Source: Balanoglossus misakiensis (Eukaryota > Animalia > Hemichordata). Taken from it: a stretch of DNA of 64,000 nucleotides. The position numbers and the translations under genes are program-made. Positions 1-13,124 of this stretch are shown here, in pieces. The stretch is taken from positions 124,001 through 188,000 of the forward strand of contig CM082597.2 of assembly GCA_040954595.2 (NCBI GenBank), read 5' to 3'. Each line of letters begins with the position of its first letter. The stretch's first letter is position 1. Below the pieces are notes generated by a model, which saw only the letters and a list, made by a program, of their open reading frames with translations, was not told the origin of the DNA and did not search any database.

Positions 1-79
1 TTTCATCTCAAGGACATTGAGAGTTTTTCGACATTGGATCATGGTGCCCTATGAAATTTTTTGTGTTGTGTTTTATCAG

Positions 80-3000
80 CAAACTGACCAAGCGACGCAT
101 GCGTTGATGGAAAATCCTCGTGATGTGGTTATTTACATCAGTCTAAGTGTGGCTGTATTCTGTCATGTGGCAACACTTCTAATACTGGTGATTTCATGGT
201 AAGTATATCACCAGCACATGTGCAGATATAAACCATGTTTGGCAAAAAAAGACCTGAAACAATCGGCCACTTTCGTTGGGCGGATGGCATTACTGACTCC
301 TCTCGCCCAAAAGGCAATAAAGGTTGACAGTAATGAGAGATTATTATCCTTAAATGTGAAAAACCTAAATCCAAGATATTACAGATAATAATTATGACCA
401 ATTTCTCTACACAATGCCAGTATGCGATGTTATCAGACTTTCTACAATGCCATTATTGTGCATCATCCTCTTAATCCAAAACAGAAGCGACATTAAACAA
501 AGTCTGGGGAGGAGACTGAATTGTTTTGATGAGCAACTGCTATCATTTTATCAACTTTGAAACATCAGCACAATGGAAAGTTAAACTTTGTGATATTTGT
601 AACACACTGCAGACTTTAACTCTGGTGATTATCTTCTGTTCAAAGGCTAGATAGTGACCTTTATTTTGTGTTGAAGAACTTAACAATGTCATTGCTATTG
701 ATGATGATCATGATGTTTACTGCCATGCTTATGGATGGAAAATCAGTAAGTAAAATTTGATACAGAAAACCTCTGTGTCATCCTTCATGATGGAGTCTTA
801 AAATACAAATTTTAAATGGTGCACACATGTTTCTATGGTTACACAAGTTTATTACATTGTATATACTCTTCTGATGCTACCACCGTGTTAGAATACTTAT
901 ATTCACTGTGATCTCACTGTAATACAATGTAGTTATGTAACTATTGAATTGGATAGTACTGATGAATATAACAAGCGCCCTCAAGAGGTACAGGTTAGTA
1001 ATAAAGTAGACGGATATTACTCTCTACTTAGAATTGACTTTTTTTACAAATTAACTAAATTGAGAAATTGCAGCTAAATGTTTGAATTGAAATGATAACA
1101 TAACTGATCATTTTACAGAGAGTGTGTCGTTTTCTGGCGGCGGGTATGCACACCGTAGTGTTGACAACTAGTGTCTGGTTATTCGTTGGAGGAATTCACC
1201 TATTCCTGAGGCTTAAAGTGTTTATTTACAAAAGTTGGAAAATCAGGTTTGTGAACATAGACAATATCATGTGTAACATAAAATGTGACTGTATGACACA
1301 TGATCTGAAACTAGAGAAATCCGTTCCTGACTTTCGATTTGAATTGATATTCAAAAGACTTCTATCCAGAAACTAAAAGAACTGTGACTGTTGGTCTTAA
1401 CTGTATTACCAAGATTCTACACAGATTTTTTTCATTGTGTGTGATCACTACTCATTAACGGTTTCCCCTTTCCTCTAACCTACTCGGGAAAAACTTACAG
1501 AGTGGCTTATGTTCTGGCTGGATGGATGGCACCAGCTATTTATGGAATGTTATGCACAATGTTTGTCCATGACAATTATCGCAAAACAAAGGGGTAAGTA
1601 TACAGCTTTGATATAAGCTTTCAAATACATTTCACTGTGTCTGTTATCCTTATACTTTGCTAGCCAAAGCATACCTATTTTCATATAATAGTTTTAATCA
1701 TGACAGCACTGGTCCTTTGCATACATTGTTGTGTTGACCAGAGATCGTTGACTGATTTCAAGTCATATTCCTGTATTTTTTCTGCAGTTGTTGGGTTGTC
1801 ACAGGAATGCCATCACTGACTACAATAATTCCAGTATTGGTACTTTTTACGGTAAGTCTATATTCAGTTTTACTTGTGTTAACATCATTGGCCACTTCTT
1901 ACATAGACTATTGATTCTTACTGCTAGGGTTCATGTTGGTCCCAACTATATATAGTGTAACACTAAACTCCCTGAAGTACAAATATCAGATTCCCTAAGC
2001 GGTAGTACTGTAATTTCTGTTTATTTCAGGGCATGGTTATTATGCTGATCTATTGTTATCGCTTACTGTCAACGTACAAACGACATTGTGAGAGAGAACT
2101 TGAAGAATTCAAGAAAACCTGGTAAGCCTTTTCAGACAACATATAATTTTGCGTAGTACTGCTTTTATTTAACCAAATGTGGCTTATTTTAATACTGCTC
2201 AGTTTGTTAAAATTTTGAAATCATTCCAATTTATTAACAGGAGAGACATGCGTGAATTCGCCATCGTTGCTACATTGTTTACGTTAACTTGGATATCATC
2301 AATGTGGTCTAATACAGATGAGAGCGCCCCCATTGGTTATGTATTCTCCTTCATTATATTTGTGGAGGTAATCTGACAACAATATGAAATCTATGTTCAC
2401 ATAAGTGTCGCCAGTTCCACAGTGTTACACATGAATATATACACCGGTACTGTTTTTTTTTTAAACTTATGTGAAATGTTTAAACGTCTGTATGGGAATC
2501 ATGGCAAGTTACAGGTGCCTACCAACAAGTTTTACTGAACACTTTCATTTTCTGACATTACTTTTAGGCTACAACTGTTTTTATTGTGTATGTTGCATCA
2601 AGCAAAGAGGTGAGTGGATCATGTCAAGTTAAATTTAACATCTACAGTAGTTGGAGCATTCATAATTAATATTTGACCCAAAACCACCAAAGTATACTGT
2701 TGTAGGAAGTTTTCTGTCTTTGACTTGTTAATTATCTTATCACATTTAAAGCTAATGATTATATATACTGTACCCTGAAGTTAATCTTTGTTACAATCTT
2801 TCATTTCAATGGTTGATTATGTTTCTCTATTTTGGGTGGTATATTATACAGGTTACTAGTGCATTAAGAATTCAGTATTGTAGTGGGTTAAAGAAGGCAG
2901 CTATCAAAGAGGAACAATCAAGAATGGACAAACAGAGAAGGGACACACTGAAATATGCACAGGAACAACTTGGTAAAGTGTATACGGAAATCCACCAATC

Positions 3001-3411
3001 ATTACCAGAACCAGAAATAACCCATGGTCAACGTAGGATCAATGGAGCTGCCATGGTAAGTGAAAAGGAAGTTTGGTGTAAAATTAGTGTTCATTTAAAA
3101 AAAAGCTTTGACTTGTATTAAGTCGTGATTACATCTAGTTGCCATTATAAGTTAATGACATCTAAGAATCCAACTGAAACTTGGCAATATAGTTCATTCA
3201 TATATTTTATAAAGTACGTACAGCGTAGTTAGGCCCTATCATGACTTGTTTTGTTCCACTGACTGTTTTATTCCACTGACTTATTTGCTGTCATGATGAT
3301 TTCGTCTAATTTCAGAATGGCAAAGATACGAGGATGAGGAAACTTGTGTCCAAAGACATAAGCTTATCCAGAATGGACGAAGAAGATGATCTCTTGGAAA
3401 GCCGAGTGTAA
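80..3411 (+). CDS. 3' part (7TM and C-tail) of a divergent adhesion/secretin-class (7tm_2) GPCR; 5' end lies outside the window
   Basis: Exons ~80-198, 421-~457/460, 677-745, 1119-1246, 1501-1592, 1788-1851, 2030-2121, 2241-2367, 2568-2609, 2852-3055, 3316-3411 (TAA). The spliced product has seven hydrophobic segments, with class-B-like motifs TM1 'YISLSVAVFCHVATLLIL', 'NLTMSL', TM3 'CRFLAAGMHTVVLTTSVWLFVGGIHLF', TM4 'GWMAP', ECL2 'CW', TM6 'LFTLTW'. Confidence 0.8.
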
Positions 3412-3873
3412 TGTTACTTAAAGTTTAGTGAAGGTATATTGTAATACTAATAGCAGCGCCCGGTTTAAATAGACAATACACGCAATGCACATGCGGGTTT
3501 CACAAACGCTGTAAATTTCAGAAATTTACATTCACAATTTTTTTTGTAAATGTTCCTCTCCTAATCGATATGAACATACTTGGTTAATTTATAAAAATTT
3601 AGACGTCCAGAAAATGTGCAGCTGGCTCTCACAAAATACGACGGGCCGAACGTACCTAGCTGATACATCGACATCGACATGAACGATACATAGAGTATCG
3701 GTCAGACTCCTTAGCTATGTTAAAATTATCCACGCTAGTCTGCGAGGAAGAATTTTTATATCGTATGAAAACTACAGTGGCCAGAGGTTTATGAACACAT
3801 ATTCAGAAGATGTGAGTCATTTAGCAAAAGGTCATGACTGACGAGACGTTTCCCAATGAAAGTATCGACCTAC

Positions 3874-4230
3874 CTGGCAAGGGAAGTGTCGCGTGTCAGT
3901 ATCAAAACAAACCTCGGGTCAACCCACGTGCGCGTCACGCCCACTTCTGTACACCATGAGCGTGCTGACCGCTGCCGAGCACTGAAAACCAATGTTTTGC
4001 GGCATTTCAGTCTGAACGTACATAAATAAAACACTTACCGGAGTGAACTTCATCGGTCGCTTGATGTGGTTTGACAGCAGGACGAGTTTGCAGCTCATAT
4101 TTCGAAGTTTTATCTGTACACGTTGCGGAGGTCTACCGTTCGGTTCCGTCGCCAGGCGTCGCGTGTCAGTTTATGTAGTGCACTTCCGGTTTGCTATCTC
4201 CCATGATCCCATGCGCGTTCGCAAGATTTG
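3874..4230 (-). promoter_or_regulatory. CpG-rich promoter/first-exon region of an unidentified minus-strand transcript
   Basis: Local CpG enrichment in an AT-rich background; ETS-like CACTTCCGG (~4181) and E-box CACGTG (~3925); minus-strand donors CCG|GTAAGT (exon end 4039) and CAG|GTAGGT (exon end 3874); in-frame ATG at 4098 gives MSCKLVLLSNHIKRPMKFTP. Confidence 0.4.
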
Positions 4231-5841
4231 CGATGCATGTATACAATGCAGTCAACGTGGAACTTAACTAGAAATGTATTTATTCATTGACTTTAAATCC
4301 AAAGATCATTTTTTATCAACATACATTTTACAGACTGATTACAACATTTTTTCATAATTATTAAAACCTTCATATTCAGGATGTTTTCAATTTAAAAATC
4401 ATCTTTCATGAAAACAATATTACACCAATTGTGTACAACATTATAATATAATCGTCGTAATTTGTTCAATACATTGCACATCTTCAGATCTTTACACCAA
4501 GTTTAGCATGTTACGTTCATATTTGACGAATGCCGAGGCAGGTATCCCAATTTGACTTCTATCAGACAAATATACATGTAGCTCCTCTTAAATACAAAAG
4601 AGGTGGATGAATTTCCATTGCCAACAAACTCTATATGTAAATAAAAACAAACAAACTCGTGGTCATGTGATAACATTTCGTTGCAAATTCCTTCCAAGTG
4701 GACATCAAATTCTTATTTGACATTGCAATGATGGATGGAATCCTGTTAAAATTATTGAGTTTCAAATTATGTTGTGTTACAAATATTGTTAAAACAAAAC
4801 TATCCAACTAAAAGCAAATTGTCATTGGACTATAAATAAGAATGAAAAGAAACCACCCCAAAATGTTTGACTACAGTTGTGACAATGATAAAGATATACT
4901 CACAAAGATGCAGTTGGTGTTTGGAAACTGCGTTATATACACTTTATTGTATGTCGTGGACACAATTAAGGCATAGAATTTGAACTTGCAACGACTTATA
5001 AAGCTTGTACTTGGGACATTGAATTATGAAATCTGCTGGCACAGATATTACGTGATTCACCAAATGGGTACAAAATGTAGAAAAATAAGGATGGATTCGT
5101 ATTCAAAATTTATCGACAGTTTGTAAAATATAGTCTCACTGTTTATCATATATATCAAGTATGTATCTGTTACAGAAAATGTCGTAAAAATCGGTAAATC
5201 AAATACATATACATATGTACAAATAATTGTAGAGTTTTGCCATTGAAGTATAATACATACAAATTCGTCACATGCATGTTATGTATACGCTTTTTACCAT
5301 TGACTTGTATCAAAATGTAACATTATGGTGTAAATAAAAAGATGACAAAGCAATTACCAGTTTACATAATGTGTTGACCCTAATTATCCCAATTAGTCAT
5401 TCGAAATGACAGAAATCCCCCATCTTTTAAAGCTTATAGTGAAAAAAACGTAGCAGCCATGGTCCATAGTTTTTAAAATTTAATACACTGATGAAATTGC
5501 AAGCATTTTCACAAATTATTGGCAAGACTGTCTTCAAGGATTGACCACAACAAGTATTATATATTAGACACAGAAGCCTTTGTAAATAAATATCTCGGGT
5601 ATGTACATTTTTCTTTCGATTAGTAATCATTTGAACATTTAATTATTACAGAATAGAAAAGCAACAATGTAAGGAATCTATTGAAATAAAACAACAATTT
5701 GACACTATAAGATTAAAAAAATATAGAAGTACATGTACGTTGGACGGATAGATCTAAGAATTACAGTGCATTTAATGTAAATATAAAGTATTTTGAGTTA
5801 AAATCTATACATTTCTTGGGGGTAACAATAGGATCTTTACT

Positions 5842-8800
5842 TCAAATTATTGCACAGCAACAATAGCAACAGAAGCAGCAGTTATGAGGATACTTGGGAA
5901 AGTGGACTTTGTGTTCATTACCATAAACCCAAAAATTCCCGGGTTTTTCTTTCCATTTATAGGAAACTTCTGATACAGGAACACCACGCAGGTCGTGTTT
6001 CTAAAAATAGAATTAGAGGATTCGATTAGTTTGTACTCCCTTCAGCTTACAGTTGAAGAGCACCACCATTTAAGAAACGTGGTTGGCAACGAGTCTGTTA
6101 TCACTGACCACACAGGTAGAATTTTTTAATCACAAATGCACTTTTACCTGTTTCAGTATACGTTCACTTGTCCATTTTGTTCGGTGTTTCTCGACTAGTT
6201 TTCGGGAAATGTCGTTAATTTCCGGAACAGGGAATGTCGTTATCGGATTTACCTGTAACGGTAATGAATATTAGTTATTCCCATTATAATTTTCAGAACA
6301 GTTGTCTATACAAAGAAGTAAATACGGACTGCTTACCAGATCCCCTTCAGTTTTATAAAGGCATTCTCCTTCAACGTTTCTGACCAGATTTTTCGGAAGA
6401 GATGTTTTTCCCTCAATCTGATCATCAGAATGCAAGATGCTGAAACAAAATTGATTTTAGAATTACTTTAAGTTGTAATACTAATACTAAACTGATCGTT
6501 TGTAATGGGTGTAACATATTCTTGAAATATTATATTCATAACTGTTTTGCTATTAGTATCGAAATAAACACTCACAATTTTGCCTTGACAACGATGTAGA
6601 ATCTTAGTTGTCTGTAGCCTTCACAGACTGAACATGTGATCACCGCATGACCATTGCATCGAAAACATCTGCAAAGAGTAAAAGACAACATGCATGTTAG
6701 TTTAAAAGGAAACAGACATAATAATGCGTGACATGCCATGTATCACTCAAAATGTTTCAAATACAAATAGTCTTACCTTCTAGTTCCCTTACCACTGCAA
6801 TGTTGGCAAGGATCTTTTTTCTTCATACCACTTCCCTTACACTTCTTACACTTGACTTTACCCAAACCTTTACATCGGAAACACTTGCTGAATCCGCGGC
6901 CATTGCAACCATGGCAAACCTGGAATGCAAGGGAATACAGGATTTCGTTAGCAACTTGGAAGTGGTCACGTGACTGTGCAAGACGATGGTACTGTTTTCA
7001 CCACAGCTTTGCATGGATATTCAAGAAAATGAATCAAGATACTTTCTGAGCTTTGTTTTCATCTGTCTGGTTGAATAGAGGAGTAAAGCAACTGGAATTT
7101 CCATTTTATTGATATAATTTTGCATTGGACCAAGATTCTTAACTTTCCAAGAGTATTCATTGTCTGAACGATATTGGTATTCACAATTTGGTTGTTTCTG
7201 ACAACACCTTAAATTCTTCAAATTTCAAAAAGGCAGTTATATGTTACCTACATCAACAGTTGATGTGTATGGCACGTTGACTACTTTTTCTTGCTCAGAA
7301 AATATATCATCAGGTGGTATTTCAATATTCCATACAGCTGGCGGTCCAACCGTACCTGCCTTTTCGATATCATCACCTGCATAGACAAAAATAGTCCTTA
7401 TTTCAATTATCCCATGATCCAACAGACACATGTGAAAACATATGTACATGTACATTGATGTATCAACTATTCCTGACGTAAAGGGGAAGCAAAGAGAATG
7501 CCCAAGTGCGAGGACACATCATCAGGTCTTTATCAACGCCTTCTGAATAAGATTAGAAACTTCAGAACAAAATTTCTCTCTCACTGTGTGTCAGTCTGTC
7601 TCCCTCCATCGCTCCATTACTCTTCACTCTTCAGTAAATTAGATAAAGCATTTACATATATAAAGGAAAATGTCACTTTTGTTTGCCTTACCTTTGTAGG
7701 CTTCAAATAAACGAATAGTTGTCCGCTGCTCAGTAAATGTTGTAATGGTGTACTGCAACAAAATTAGAGTTTGATTGTTATTATATATATTTCTATAAAA
7801 ACTCGAACGCATGCTGAAAATTTGAAAATCACTGAATAATAATGGCCCGATGTTCCTCTGCATTCCACCATGGGAAGCTGCTTAGCTCCACACTGATTGG
7901 TCATCATACTATCTTTGACTCTGATTGGTCGGGGTTGAGAAAACTAACTTACGTGAAAGGCTGACGATGGTACAACAGACTCAATGCTCATCTCATGTGC
8001 GGGTTTCTTGCCATAGCAACAGTGACTCTTTATGTGTTTCAATAACGCATCTTTCGCCGAATCGTCGTCTATATCTGTCACCCTGTAAACAAGTGTAATA
8101 CAATGTCACATCTCATAATATGCATTACATAAAACCGCACAACACCACATGGAGTAATGAACGACTGAGAAATTAATACCAGTTGACACATGGTCGAATA
8201 CTATGAGGTTATTACGAAAATACCGCAAAGTATGCACGAGGACATTAGCGCTGAGTATCGCCCGACGCGTAGCGGAGGGCGATGCGCTGCGCTAATGTCC
8301 GAGTGCATACTTTGCGGTATTTTCGTAATAACCTTATTATTATACATCTTACATCTCCGTTAGTTCTTGTGTTGCATGTTACTTGGCTTTCAAAACGTCC
8401 AAAATGCCGATACAATCGATCGAAAACCGCTCAGTTGACTCAGTGAGCAGCCATCTTTCTTTTTTGTTTACGTGTGCGCACGTGCGTTGGAGTGGGGCGC
8501 CTTGAAACCGTCCGCATAACAGCGCATACCTGTACACGGTGAGTTTGGGGCGCCTTGAAACTAAGGCTTATTTAACGCGCGTTCCGTACGTACCGTTCCG
8601 TACGGCTTTTTATTGCACGCCAAAATCTATTGTTCTCGGCACTAGATGTATAATAATTCTACTTACGAAGTAAAGTTTTCAGGTGCAGTCTGCACAAAAG
8701 AGTTGAGAGCTGGTGGAGCGACTGGTTTACCTAAAAAAGTAACGTTACAACATTTGCATTAGTTCATACATACATTCGCACGCACGCACGCACGCACACA

Positions 8801-11388
8801 CATACATACATACAGACAGACAGACATAAAATCTTTACTTACTTTCTTTGACTGATGTAAATTCATATCCAGGAATTGGTTGCAATGCCTGGTTTAGTTG
8901 ATACACTGGTTCTTTAGCATCCTCTTTATCTTGCACTGGTGAATCAGGAGCATCGGCCCAGTTATAACTTGGCGTATCTGTTTCACCGCCAGGTGGTTGC
9001 CATGCTACAATGTAAAAGGGTTTCCAACTAATGTCTGTCATATGCTAATGTTAATGGGGAATGTTATAACCATATGTCCATTGTTCTGGTGAAACTGTGC
9101 CCAAAAATGTAATCACATCTAAATAAACATCTACTTACGTCCTGGGGCTGTAGCAGTTCCGATACCAGGTGTGTGGGGTGTGTGAATCTGCAGGGTTTGC
9201 CAGTTTCCAGGTGTACTTGGCGCAGTGTTATACTGTGGTGGCGGTGAACCATTGTAATTTGCTGGTGGTGGGGGCGCTGTTGGTGGTGGGGTCTGCACTG
9301 TATCTGGTACCGTACCTGTGAAAACGATAGAATTAGGTTATACTTTTTAACTCTTTGATTGGGCCCGATAGCTGCACATCAAAAAGTTTTCAGCGGACAA
9401 GTACCGCCATACATGTCACATGTTTTCACGCCTCATTCAGCTCAACCATCCTATAGGCTCTTTCTCAATGACGTCACATTTCAACTAATGCAACCGTGCA
9501 GTGTATGGTCCTGAATCACCTTTCCCCCAGTATTAAAAGTTAATAACATTGCTCGAACTTAGTTCATATCATTCATCAAGTAAATTTATAGCCTTCTAGC
9601 ATGGTTACTGTATTATTAATATGTATTTATTATCACAATATAACCAAATAACAAAATGTGATGACTCAGAATATTGACATATCGATAAATAAGAGTACCT
9701 AATATTTGAAGATATCATGATTTCTAACATGTTTACGTAAACAAAGGTGTTGCCATGACTACACTGATGTACCTGTCAGTGTCAGACAAACATCTTTAGA
9801 ATTACAACTCCATGACCTAAAAGGTGCTTAGCAGCAGAACTATTCAATGAATTCAGGCCTGATTGCCAACGCCATGGCAGTTCTTATTGTGAAGTACATG
9901 GCCGTGTAACTCAATCCGGGCACTCCATTATATACATATGCTGTACACCTGCCACTAACATGAGGGCTGAGAATGGTGGCTGAACTATCTATTCCCATTT
10001 TGCTCCAAAAGAGTACCGTGACTGTAATTTTGACTATAATCGATTGCTTTCTTGTGCTATTCATTTTAACCTCAGTAGACTTTGCCAATAAAGTTATGTA
10101 GACAACACTGGCGTCACGGACAGGTGATAAAATAAAAGAATTACGTCACTGATTTATGACTGATCGTGCATTCAACAGGTGACCTTTGACCCGATATTAG
10201 GCTGAAAGAAGCTGCGTGACTGACGAAGACGTCGTGCAACCGTGACGACACAGTGCAGTGGGGGTTCCAACTTTGCTTTCTAGCTTTCGTCCGCAGAAAA
10301 TTGCCTTTCAAAATCAAGTGCGACTTTTGGAAATGAAAAACATTTCCAGCCTCTCCTGCATTATTCACAACTAATCACCTCTCAAGAAGAAATAGTTTGA
10401 AGGAGTATTTCTTCCGGAATTCTGAAAGATATGTATCCCACAAGCTAACTGAAATCGAGCTTTAAAATTTAAAATGACAAAAACTAAAAGTTAAGTTTTA
10501 TAAGAGATATCTCGATTGTCTGTGGATACCGAAACTGTGGCTACATTAATATTACAATGAACTTGAATTTGACAAATAATGCAACCATTCGTATTTCCAA
10601 AGTTTTCAGACGTAGCTTTATTGAAATATATTCATGACCTTTAATTTCATTTTATTTCAGATTTGAAATAGAGATTTAAAAATATCTTTGAGAGTCAGGT
10701 GGCGTGTAATACTGACCTTAATCGCGCAAGCCTTCACAATAATGGGGTCACGGAAAACTGATTTACATTTTCAATGTTTTTTGTAAAAAAAATCCTTGTG
10801 ATGTAATGACGCATTATTAGATACAGACATATACATCTTTGATTATATTATTTAGAATAAATTCTCACTACTGATGATGTTACGTTTAATACCAGCAGTT
10901 AAAATAAATTATAAAATTGATCCTTTATCTAAACGTATGTAACAGTATAAATGAACATGGTAATCAAAATTACATTTAAACATTCCCCTGTTATTTTGCA
11001 GTTTTAGTTCTCGCAATAACTATAATTTGACAACAGGCAACAAGCTGATAGAATGTTTTCACAACAGGTTCTGTTTGTGTCATTCCACAATGTTTTTAGT
11101 GTAATTTAACACAGACACAAATTCGTAAAAGTGATAAACATTACTGAAAATCTGAAACAACAGCAAGGTCGAGGCCCCAAGAGTTTATGTAACGGATCGT
11201 GAAATTCGAGCTTGAGTGCCAGGTGTAGAGTTTTATTATATCGAATTTATTAGCAATCGTAGTGTCTTTTTCGGAAGCAATTAGCAATTTAAGGTCATAT
11301 CAGCAAAGCAAGCATTAAAATATACAAGAATAAGCACAGACTTACCTGGCAAATCACTTGAATATACCTCCGAATCTGCTGGCTCCAT
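5842..11388 (-). CDS. SSUH2: SSUH2 homolog (DnaJ-type CxxCxGxG zinc-finger repeat protein)
   Basis: About 12 exons (11388-11346, 9315-9138, ~9003-8842, 8730-8666, 8083-7952, 7751-7692, 7376-7250, 6919-6777, 6668-6576, 6439-6337, 6252-6148, 6000-5842). Pro-rich N-terminus, 'HCCYGKKPAHEM', 'YTITTFTEQR', 'GPPAVWNIEIP', repeated CHGCNGRG/CFRCKGLG/CKKCKGSG/CQHCSGKG, and C-terminal 'WVYGNEHKVHFPKYPHNCCFCCYCCCAII*', all typical of SSUH2. Confidence 0.9.
8206..8657. mobile_element. Non-autonomous hairpin-type element in an SSUH2 intron (long palindrome plus sub-terminal inverted repeats)
   Basis: Arms AGGTTATTACGAAAATACCGCAAAGTATGCAC... (8206) and ...GTGCATACTTTGCGGTATTTTCGTAATAACCT (to 8334) surround GCCCGACGCGTAGCGGAGGGC; second IR pair ATTATTATACATCT-like (~8336) / AGATGTATAATAAT (~8644-8657); internal direct repeats GGGGCGCCTTGAAAC x2 and GTTCCGTACG x2. 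Confidence 0.65.
8776..8826. repeat. Compound microsatellite (CGCA)n(CATA)n(CAGA)n
   Basis: Read directly in the SSUH2 intron. Confidence 0.85.
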
Positions 11389-13110
11389 GTTCTGTTAATG
11401 AGTCTCTTCAATTACTAAATAGTTAATAAAGAAACACTGTTCAGTTTAAATCCTCGCACCCATGTTTTAGTTTTGAGTCTGAGCTACACACACAGCTCAG
11501 GACGAGACGTCATTCATATCACACAAAGCATGAGCCAACCCTGGAGTGTCGTGTGCAAAAGACGAACAATATACTACCATGGCAACGGAGGCAAATACAA
11601 AACAACGACTGCATGGTTGACCTCTCACGCCATGGATTTATGATGTGGTTGTTCCATTTTCTGGGAGGGGTGGCAGGTGTACTTCGTAAGGTGAAATTTT
11701 CTTTGGGAAATATCACACAGCCAATCCATATCAACGTAGAAAACAGGTTTTATTGCACATGACCATTCTAATGCACATTAACAACGGTGCTACAATAACA
11801 CCTATACTGCATGATTTCCATGACAATGACAAACAGTGCTCAAAAATTCGATTATGAAATTCTATCAGATGTACAACTCTGCAGATTTCACTTCACATGC
11901 ATTCTACATTTACAATATACTGATACTCCATCTCACAATACACATACCTCATCACTTCACATCACATCACACAGCAAAGACTTCTCTGTGGGCTGGCCAC
12001 TAAAGTATCAAAATGTTATTCACCCTATAAAGTATAAAAGAAAAAGAACCTACTAGTAAATTTTTTAAGTGTACAATTGTGATGTTAATTATGACTACTA
12101 TACTAACAACAGATTTACAGTGAGACCCCTGACCTTAGAGACTAACTTCCTTGTGGACAAGTCAACACCAACAATGAAAACAAAGAATGTGGACTCAAAC
12201 ACGCTGGTCGAAGAATTACAATAAATGTAAATGAAACAATATTCTAGTCTCTAAAATCATATTTGAAGTTACATATCTGGTTCTATCAGAAGCAGGTTTT
12301 TGTATACATTAAACATTAACACTATTTTACAATGTAAGCTAAAATATGATCTAAGTAGAACTCTTATGTCCAGTTTGCAGATCCAATTTCTCAAAACAGA
12401 ACAAAATGGAAACATTGCAATTATCACATGACACAAAAGATTTAAACAGATGGAGAATGAGTAGCTAGAGACAAAGTTGAAACAATTAGTAAATATTTGA
12501 AATTATTTTTACAAGTAGAAACTGTCTCGTACAAGAAAATGACATTGACGGACAGTTGAACTTTGAATCACATCTACCCTATGCACTTGAAAATCATTGA
12601 ATCTTGACCCAAATAATAATATATTCCACTGCAATAGTATATATAAATAATCTTACCAGCTCAGGTGAGTTCAAAGGTCGACCATTGCTAAGGAACACAC
12701 AATTATTAATGTGCTCACTGGTTTAAAAACACAAATCTCGCAATATCCAAGTGATTCTTGTATTTTTTTTTACATAAAAACAATTCACATACAACAGCTC
12801 AGTTTCTGGAGTACTTGTTGAATAAAAGTAATTTCCTGTCCATGCAGTGTCTTGCTAAGGAAGAAATCAATTAACACCTGATAACCTTAAAAAGACAAGA
12901 AAATGAAAATTTGAGTGAACAACATATGCTTATATTGTTCTAAAACCATGGAAAAATACCTCTCCCCAAAAGACCAACAAAATTATAAAGTCAAACTGCA
13001 AAACTGGTTGAAAGTTTTTCTCTGACATTTATACAATACTGGAAATAAAACTACAAATATAAAAAAAGATAAATATAAAACTACAGCTAAAAATAAATAT
13101 GTATTCAATG

Positions 13111-13124
13111 CCACTAGAGGGCGC
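13111..13124 (+). promoter_or_regulatory. CTCF-like binding site
   Basis: CCACTAGAGGGCGC matches the metazoan CTCF core CCASYAGRKGGC in otherwise very AT-rich DNA; weaker matches near 974 (minus) and 42764 (ACACTAGGGGGCGA). Confidence 0.45.
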
